DNA of 64,000 nucleotides from Acidobacteriota bacterium (GTDB lineage Bacteria; Acidobacteriota; UBA6911; RPQK01; JAJDTT01): NCBI GenBank assembly GCA_965116695.1, contig OZ220706.1, positions 770,415 to 834,414 of the forward strand, read 5' to 3'. Shown piece by piece: positions 57,898 to 64,000 of this stretch (position 1 is its first letter; each line of letters starts with the position of its first letter). The notes under the pieces were generated by a model. It saw only the letters and a program-made list of their open reading frames with translations, ran no database searches and was not told where the DNA came from. The position numbers and the translations under genes were made by a program.

Positions 57898-58102
57898 GGC
57901 ACTCCGGAGTGCTCCGGTTCAGGGTCCCTTGGCGGCCCGAAGCAAAAAGTCGGCACGTCATTTGGCCCGGCCAGCATCCTGGCGGACTTCGCTGGCCCTC
58001 GTTTCCCTCCGAACGAGCCTGCTTCCTGGCGCCGTCTTGTCCGGAAGAATCCCTGCTGCGCGGCGGGAAGCTTCAGGCCAGTCCAACCGGCGCCTACCGG
58101 GC

Positions 58103-58849
58103 TCAGTATAGCTGGAAGTGATCTCCCAGGTAAACTTTACGGACGTCCGGATCGGCGGAGAGGAGGTCCGGGGTACCGGATCGAAAGATCCTTCCCTCGG
58201 TGATGATGTAGGCGCGATCCGTAATCCGAAGAGTTTCGCGAACGTTGTGATCGGTGATCAGCACACCGATGTTCCGCGCCTGGAGCCGGGTGACCATGCG
58301 TTGGATATCCAGGACGGCGATGGGATCGATTCCGGCAAACGGCTCGTCCAGCAAGATGAAATCGGGCCGGATCACCAGCGCGCGGGCGATCTCCAGACGC
58401 CGCCTCTCGCCGCCGGACAGGGTGTAGGCGGGACGGTCCCTCAGGGCAGCGATCCCGAATTCCTCCAGCAGCTCGCTGACCAACTGGTCCGATTCCCCGT
58501 GGGGGAGATCCAGGGTTTCGGCGATGGCGTACAGATTGTCCTCCACCGAGAGCCGGCGAAAGACGGAAGGTTCCTGGGAGAGATAGCTGATCCCCCTTCG
58601 CGCCCGAACGTACATGGGCAGCGGAGTAATATCCTCGCCGTCCAGGAAAACCTCGCCCCGGTCCGGATCCAGCAAGCCCACGATCATGTAGAAGGTGGTG
58701 GTCTTTCCGGCGCCGTTGGGACCCAGCAGGCCCACGACCTCGCCCGAGGAGATGGTGAGGCTCACCTCACCGACCACCTGTCTGCTCCGATACGATTTGC
58801 AGAGGCTCCGCGCCTCGAGAACCTTCTCCAGAATGCCTCCCCCGGTCAT
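58103..58849 (-). CDS. lptB: LPS export ABC transporter ATP-binding protein
   Basis: Walker [10 protein letters not shown]. Signature [15 protein letters not shown]. Position immediately upstream of rpoN. Start possibly the TTG at 58888. Confidence 0.85.
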   Translation of the reverse strand: MTGGGILEKVLEARSLCKSYRSRQVVGEVSLTISSGEVVGLLGPNGAGKTTTFYMIVGLLDPDRGEVFLDGEDITPLPMYVRARRGISYLSQEPSVFRRLSVEDNLYAIAETLDLPHGESDQLVSELLEEFGIAALRDRPAYTLSGGERRRLEIARALVIRPDFILLDEPFAGIDPIAVLDIQRMVTRLQARNIGVLITDHNVRETLRITDRAYIITEGRIFRSGTPDLLSADPDVRKVYLGDHFQLY

Positions 58850-59018
58850 TCGAAACGGGAAAACATGGCGGTATCGGGCCGTGTGCAACGGGGCCCGGGA
58901 TCCCCCATTTGGCGCAAAGGACTGCGGACGATGGAAGCAGGCACCGGATCCGGACGACCGCCGGTTCCGCGGCCCCGGCGACCAGGAGCGCGAGTCACGG
59001 CTTCGGTCGCGGGGCCGG

Positions 59019-61352
59019 CTAATCGATCACGATCTTGTCGGTTTCCACGAACAACGTCACCTTCCGCCCGGACGCGCTACCGCGAAGCGGCTCCACCACC
59101 TCGGCCCGCTCTCCGGTCAGTTCCACGCGTCCCTCCCGGGGATGATACACGGCTCGGTCGCCCCGGGCCCGTCGATCCCCCTGCCGGATCTCGACCTCTC
59201 CTCCGGCGGCAATCCGCTGAATGGTGCTCGAAGGGGAATCCTCCAGCAGGAGGTCCAAATGGGAGGACTTCACCTGGAAGTCACCGGAGCGCATCCGGAC
59301 GCCGCCTCGGTAGGCCGCCCTTCCGGAACTCCGCTGGTAGACAAGCTGGGGCGCCCGGATCCGGCAATTGCGCCCCGACACCTCCCCAGGCTCCCAAAAG
59401 GTGCTGTCCACATCCTGAACCTCCAGCCGTTCCCCGGCCGAGTCCAGGCGAATCATCGTTCCCGCGATCAGGTGGGATTCCCGGAGGATCCGTGGATTAC
59501 CGGAATAGGAAAGGGATTTGACACCGGAATCCACCGCCATGCGATCCGCCTGGATCAGGACCGGTTCTTTTCCGGGACGACTGAAGAGGGTCTGGACTCT
59601 CCCGGCCGCAGACAGTTCTTCCCGGTCCGGGTCCAACCGAAAACCGTCCGCCCGGGTCCGCGACTCCACCGCACCCGAGCCTTCCATGGTCGCTTCGGAG
59701 TAGTACAAGTGGGCGCCGTCCGGGTCCGAAAAGGAATACAGGTTCGGTCCGGCGTCGTACTCCGCGTTGCTCGCCGTCAGGCTGACGCGTCCGGAAGGGC
59801 TCTCTTCCCGATAGACCACCCGGCCCTCGCCCCGGGCTTCCTGGAGTCGCCCGGCGGAGAATCCAAGATCGAGCCGCCCGCTTTCCCCGTCCCGCTTCCT
59901 GGATTCCGAGTTCATGGCCCAACGGACGCCGCCCACCGCCGCAACACTCAGCACTCCCCCTTCGTTGAAGACGGCTTCCATGCTTTCCGACTCCACAGTC
60001 CGTTCCCCTTCGGGAACCTGCTGGCGCAGTACCGGGTCTTGCGTGGCCACGAGCCTCTTCAGTATTCCACTCCGGTAGAATGCATCCATTCGTCCGGCCC
60101 GAAGCTGGGCCGAAGCCCCCTCTCCGGTTCGGGACCAGGCCGCGGTGTTCCCTGAAACAGTCGCACGATCCAAGATTCCGTCGGCGCCGAGATCCAGAAC
60201 CAGCAGGTCCCCCTGAATGGACTCGCGAGAATCTCCGCGGTCTCGAAGCCGCCCCACCAGTTCCGTATTTCCCCGCATTTCCAACCACTTGAGCCGCTGA
60301 TTCTCAAGACTCAGATGAGCTGTCAACTCGTCGGCGCGCCCTTCTTCCAGACCCAGAGTCCGGGAACGGACGACGACCCGCCGGTGCGCCAGAAACCGAG
60401 TCTCGTCCCCACCCGGAGACCCGGCCAACCCATCGATGCGATCCGCTTCCAGGTAGGTCTCGGGGTCCTCGTACACAGCGCGCTGTTCAGGAGAATCAGG
60501 AGTGGCTTTGCCCGAGTAGACGTAGAAACCTTCGATCCTCCCCCCGTCGGTTGCCGCGAACAGATGGATGGACTCGCCGGTGAAGGCCCGGTCAGAATCC
60601 AGGACCAGCCGAACGCCGCGCGAGGTGAACATCCGCTCCACGGCCCGGTCTTCGGTCAGAAAGACACGGACATACCCGGCGGCGAGGTCTCCCTGTGGAC
60701 CCTGGATGCGGCCCCCGTCCAAAAGATCGACCCTGCTGTCCTCCAGATCGTACAAAGCCCGCGAGGCCGTGACCTGGAGGCGATCGGCTCCTTGTGTGAT
60801 GTTCAGCTCGAACTCGCCGTCGACCCGAAGCTGCCTCCGCCGGATCTCGTAGTTGAGAGACCGGCCGTGACCGGAGAGCTTCTCCATTTCGAAGCGAAAA
60901 CCCTCTTCGATGGCCACGATATCCCGGGCCATGTCGGCCTTGAGACGATCCGCGTCAATGGTCGTTCCATCCGAGAGCTCGATGCGAACCTTGCCCGTGA
61001 ATTCGATCCGGTCATCGACCACGTGGTAGATCGCTTCGTTTCCCGAGATCTCCTCCGTAGTGCTCCCGTCCGGACCAAAGTGGGTCAGTTTCACGCCGAA
61101 GAGACGAAAGATTTTCTTGACCGTTTCGATCTTGGTCCCGGCCTCCACCCTGTAGACGGTTCGCCCTTCTTCGTGGTGGGTATGCTCGAACTCGGTGCTC
61201 TGCTGGCGAAACTCGGGGGAGAGGAGGCGTTCCCGCGCCAAGGGCGGCCGGGCGTCCCGCCGGGTCAGGAAGCTCCAGACCACGGCTCCCATGGCCGTCA
61301 CCAGGACCACGAGCAGAAACAGCCGGATGAGCTTGAGGGAACGGGGACGCAT
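59019..61352 (-). CDS. Large membrane-anchored periplasmic protein with multiple OstA/LptA/LptC-like beta-jellyroll segments (candidate fused LptC-LptA bridge)
   Basis: 777 aa. N-terminal [21 protein letters not shown]. Repeated OstA-like strands (GNV..., ...L.GNV.I, D...A.....Y......I.L.G.V). Position directly upstream of lptB, where lptC-lptA normally sit. Confidence 0.55.
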   Translation of the reverse strand: MRPRSLKLIRLFLLVVLVTAMGAVVWSFLTRRDARPPLARERLLSPEFRQQSTEFEHTHHEEGRTVYRVEAGTKIETVKKIFRLFGVKLTHFGPDGSTTEEISGNEAIYHVVDDRIEFTGKVRIELSDGTTIDADRLKADMARDIVAIEEGFRFEMEKLSGHGRSLNYEIRRRQLRVDGEFELNITQGADRLQVTASRALYDLEDSRVDLLDGGRIQGPQGDLAAGYVRVFLTEDRAVERMFTSRGVRLVLDSDRAFTGESIHLFAATDGGRIEGFYVYSGKATPDSPEQRAVYEDPETYLEADRIDGLAGSPGGDETRFLAHRRVVVRSRTLGLEEGRADELTAHLSLENQRLKWLEMRGNTELVGRLRDRGDSRESIQGDLLVLDLGADGILDRATVSGNTAAWSRTGEGASAQLRAGRMDAFYRSGILKRLVATQDPVLRQQVPEGERTVESESMEAVFNEGGVLSVAAVGGVRWAMNSESRKRDGESGRLDLGFSAGRLQEARGEGRVVYREESPSGRVSLTASNAEYDAGPNLYSFSDPDGAHLYYSEATMEGSGAVESRTRADGFRLDPDREELSAAGRVQTLFSRPGKEPVLIQADRMAVDSGVKSLSYSGNPRILRESHLIAGTMIRLDSAGERLEVQDVDSTFWEPGEVSGRNCRIRAPQLVYQRSSGRAAYRGGVRMRSGDFQVKSSHLDLLLEDSPSSTIQRIAAGGEVEIRQGDRRARGDRAVYHPREGRVELTGERAEVVEPLRGSASGRKVTLFVETDKIVID

Positions 61353-61524
61353 AGGGAGTCCGGTTTGCAGCAGTCCTTTCGGCCCGTCGAAAAGCGCCGG
61401 AGGGCTGCCCGGCTCCGGCCGCGATTCGAGGCCGTCCCCGAGGGGTCATCGAATCGCGCCGCTCAACGAGACGAAAGGCCGCACGGCCCGTCACTCCATT
61501 GGACGGAAAGCCGAAAAGGATCGT

Positions 61525-63282
61525 TCACGGGCCCGTGACGATGTGTGCCGGAGGCTGTCGGGACTCGGCCGGGATCGGGTGAGTGCGCAGGTCCTGGACC
61601 GTCATGAGCAGACTCTCCACGCCCCGGTACTCGTTCCGGTTCAAGGTATACGCCACATCGATCTTCGATCCTCTCGATATGGTATCAGCGGCATCCCCGT
61701 TCTTCCACCAGATGGCGTCGACGCCGGCTCCGTTGGCGCCGAGACGGACCTTCAGGTGCCTGTTCTTCAATACCCAGGGACCGCCGGTCACATCCAACCC
61801 GCGGCTGGCGAAGACGGGAACCGGATTCCCTACTCCGAATGGCGCCAGCCGTTGAATCTCCCGGTACACCGACAACGAAAGGTGGCCCGGCCTCAAATAC
61901 GAGTCCAATGGGACCAGGGGTGTCAGGTCCTCTGCGGACAGGACGGACCGGGCGTGGGTATCGAGGCGATCCGATAGGGTCCGGAGGCGGTCTTCCAGAG
62001 AATCGCTTCCCTCCATGGCGCAACCCACCGCCTGAGCATGCCCGCCATATCGATCCAGGAGACCGCCGCACGCCTCCAAAGCTTCCAGCAGGTGGAAGCC
62101 GGGTATGCTCCTCCCCGAACCCTGGCAGTCGGATTCTCCCGTCGAGAACACCAGCGTGGGGCGAAAGAAACGCTTGGCCACCCTCGAAGCGATGATCCCG
62201 ATCACCCCCCGGTGCCAGTCTCTTCCGGCCAGGACGATGAAGGTTTTCCGGAACAGTTCCGGCCGGCTCTTTTCCCATTCACGGATCTCCGACAGGATGG
62301 CCTCTTCCTGCCGCCGGCGCTCCCGGTTCCTCACATTCATGTCCCGGACGATCGCCTGGGCCCGCGACCTGTCGCTGGTATCGAAGAGGTCCAATACCTC
62401 GGGTCCGCCCCCCATTCGGGTCACCGCATTGATGCGTGGAGCGATCCTGAAGGCCACGTCGTCGAGTTCCACCTCTCCGGAGACTCCGGCGCCGTCGAGC
62501 AGGGCCCGCAGGCCCACGTTGTGCGGTTGGGCCAGGCCCTCCAGCCCCAGCTTGACCAGGATCCGGTTCTCTCCGGTCAGGGGAACCATGTCGGCCGCGG
62601 TTCCCAAGGCCACGACTTTCAGGAAATGGGGAAGCACCCGGGTGCGCCCGGCGGTTTCGAAGAGACCCTGCACCAGCTTGAAGACGACGCCTGCCGCCGA
62701 CAGGTTCCGGTCCGGGTAGTCGCAGTCCGCCCGGTGCGGATTGAGGATGGCGCGCGCCGGCGGAAGTTCCGCGGAGGGCAGGTGATGGTCGCAAATCAGA
62801 ACGTCGAGGCCCAAGTCGCGCGCCCGGCCGCACGCTTCGAATGCCCGAATGCCGCAGTCCGAGGTGACCAGCAGGTCCACCCCGTCCCGGTGGCACTGTT
62901 CCACGAAACCGGTTTGAATTCCGTATCCGTCGGTGAGCCGTCCGGGGATATGGATGCCAACGCGGCCGCCCAGCATTTCAAGCCCCCGTTTCAGGATCAG
63001 GCTCGAGGTGATCCCGTCCACATCGTAGTCGCCGTGGACCACAATGCGTTTCTTCTCCTGCAGAGCCTTCCAGAGGAGCGGAACCGCCCGGTCCATGTCC
63101 TTCATCAGATAGGGGTCGTGGAGATTCTCAAAGCGGGGATGGAGAAAACGGTGGGCCTCATCCGGATCCTGAATGCCGCGGTTGACCAGGAGATGAGCCG
63201 TCAGCGACGAGATATCCAGCTCGGAGCTCAGCGTCCGAACCGCCTCCGCCTCCGGCTTGCGCAGCGTCCACCTGCGTTGCAT
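61525..63282 (-). CDS. recJ: Single-stranded-DNA-specific exonuclease RecJ
   Basis: DHH motif (VHGDYDVDGITS; DHH in LICDHHLP). DHHA1 domain GGGH-like region. RecJ OB-fold C-terminus. Confidence 0.9.
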   Translation of the reverse strand: MQRRWTLRKPEAEAVRTLSSELDISSLTAHLLVNRGIQDPDEAHRFLHPRFENLHDPYLMKDMDRAVPLLWKALQEKKRIVVHGDYDVDGITSSLILKRGLEMLGGRVGIHIPGRLTDGYGIQTGFVEQCHRDGVDLLVTSDCGIRAFEACGRARDLGLDVLICDHHLPSAELPPARAILNPHRADCDYPDRNLSAAGVVFKLVQGLFETAGRTRVLPHFLKVVALGTAADMVPLTGENRILVKLGLEGLAQPHNVGLRALLDGAGVSGEVELDDVAFRIAPRINAVTRMGGGPEVLDLFDTSDRSRAQAIVRDMNVRNRERRRQEEAILSEIREWEKSRPELFRKTFIVLAGRDWHRGVIGIIASRVAKRFFRPTLVFSTGESDCQGSGRSIPGFHLLEALEACGGLLDRYGGHAQAVGCAMEGSDSLEDRLRTLSDRLDTHARSVLSAEDLTPLVPLDSYLRPGHLSLSVYREIQRLAPFGVGNPVPVFASRGLDVTGGPWVLKNRHLKVRLGANGAGVDAIWWKNGDAADTISRGSKIDVAYTLNRNEYRGVESLLMTVQDLRTHPIPAESRQPPAHIVTGP

Positions 63283-63362
63283 GGCCGGATCTTATCAGCG
63301 TCTGCTGACGCCCACGGTGCGCCCGGCGGGTCGCCTTGAATCGTCTCCAGGGAAACCCTATC

Positions 63363-64000
63363 GTGACTATCCGTAAACGAAAGCGGACTTCCAAGACTGA
63401 AATCCCACCGGCGAAGGCGGAAAACGAATTGCGGAGCCGACTTCTACTCCTGGCCTTGATCTTCTTCGGCCTTCTGGCCGCCCTGATTCTCTTCGCGGCC
63501 GAATTCTGGCTCCGCCACTCCTATCTCGGGGAATCCGCGGAACCCCGGGATCACGCCGAAGAGACCTGGTACCTGCCGGTTCGCATGAAGGGAAACTACG
63601 AGGGCGTCTTCTGGGACATTCCCTTCGTCACGAACGCCTACGGCTTCCGGGACGAGCCGGCGTTGGACCCCGTTCCCCCGGAGGCTGAATTCCGAATCCT
63701 CTCTCTGGGAGACTCCATCGGATTCGGCCTCGGCGTCCCCTCACGGGACCGCTACGGACAAGTTCTGCAGCGGGAACTCAATCGTTCGCCGGGGGCCTTC
63801 CGTTTCCGGGTCGTCAACGCTTCGGGGCAGGGTTACAGTCCCTCCAGCTACGCGGCCTACATCCACCAGGAGGGTCTGGGGCTGAACCCCGACCTGGTGC
63901 TGGTCCAGGTCGAACTCTGCAACGACGTCACCGACGAGGCACTGCTCAACTGGCCGCCGGGGGTCCAGGCGAGCCTGCCGGAGCGGGTCCGCGGCGGCCG
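63363..64000 (+). CDS. SGNH/GDSL-like hydrolase family protein, 3'-partial (runs off window); paralog of 16977-18203
   Basis: Absent from the ORF track because there is no in-window stop. GTG start. N-terminal TM LLLLALIFFGLLAALILFAA. GDSIGFG block. About 35-40% identity by eye to the 16977 gene (ILSLGDSIGFG vs LLNLGDSFSAG; LVLVQVELCNDV vs VVVLQVFPFNDL). Confidence 0.5.
   Translation, partial: MTIRKRKRTSKTEIPPAKAENELRSRLLLLALIFFGLLAALILFAAEFWLRHSYLGESAEPRDHAEETWYLPVRMKGNYEGVFWDIPFVTNAYGFRDEPALDPVPPEAEFRILSLGDSIGFGLGVPSRDRYGQVLQRELNRSPGAFRFRVVNASGQGYSPSSYAAYIHQEGLGLNPDLVLVQVELCNDVTDEALLNWPPGVQASLPERVRGG

Noticed and set aside
1-64000. CRISPR arrays, integrases, transposases, rRNA genes
   Set aside because: There are no regularly spaced direct repeats with unique spacers. 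No tyrosine or serine recombinase or DDE transposase ORF was recognised. No rRNA-like conserved stretches. The only dispersed repeats are the short REP-like palindromes.

Overview
This 64-kb window is high-GC bacterial chromosome, roughly 65% GC. The gene content (DUF1501, TAT-signal Gfo/Idh/MocA oxidoreductases, BNR and FG-GAP propeller proteins, LpxI, HPr kinase) points to an Acidobacteria, Planctomycetes or Verrucomicrobia-like organism. 

The 3' half (about 33–63.3 kb) is one long minus-strand housekeeping block: response regulator, gatB, miaA, a Gfo/Idh/MocA oxidoreductase, lpxI, lpxA, fabZ, lpxD, skp, bamA, clpC, lolD, lolC/E, lysS, nusB, ribH, a crotonase, pgsA, ptsI, ptsH, EIIA(Man), hprK, rpoN, lptB, a 777-aa multi-domain LptC/LptA-like protein, and recJ. 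A plus-strand tRNA-Leu(CAG) sits at 32.8 kb, flanked by copies of a 27-nt palindromic REP-like repeat that also recurs at 19.5 kb. 

The 5' half is accessory-like. It carries a DUF1501 protein, cysK, a low-GC UvrD-family helicase with an embedded PD-(D/E)xK/Vsr-like module and C-terminal zinc ribbons, an M23 peptidase, an aminotransferase, three paralogous BNR/Asp-box beta-propeller proteins, a LarA-like protein, a giant FG-GAP protein with SGNH hydrolase and MFS genes, an SDR/epimerase cluster, an AT-rich islet (25.8–27.7 kb) with a PD-(D/E)xK nuclease, lgt, amt, and TAT-exported oxidoreductase and isomerase genes. 

The most striking feature is a low-GC cassette at 11.2–13.9 kb with consensus AAGGAGAA Shine-Dalgarno sites. 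It encodes a TM-anchored ankyrin-repeat protein plus three tandem paralogous signal-peptide-bearing 8-Cys peptides, each about 60 aa mature. All three share the identical symmetric cysteine spacing C-x3-C-x6-C-x10-C-x8-C-x10-C-x6-C-x3-C. The cassette is organised around a duplicated leader module: a conserved ~40-nt imperfect-palindrome element followed by a short TM-helix ORF start. I recognise no known family for these peptides.
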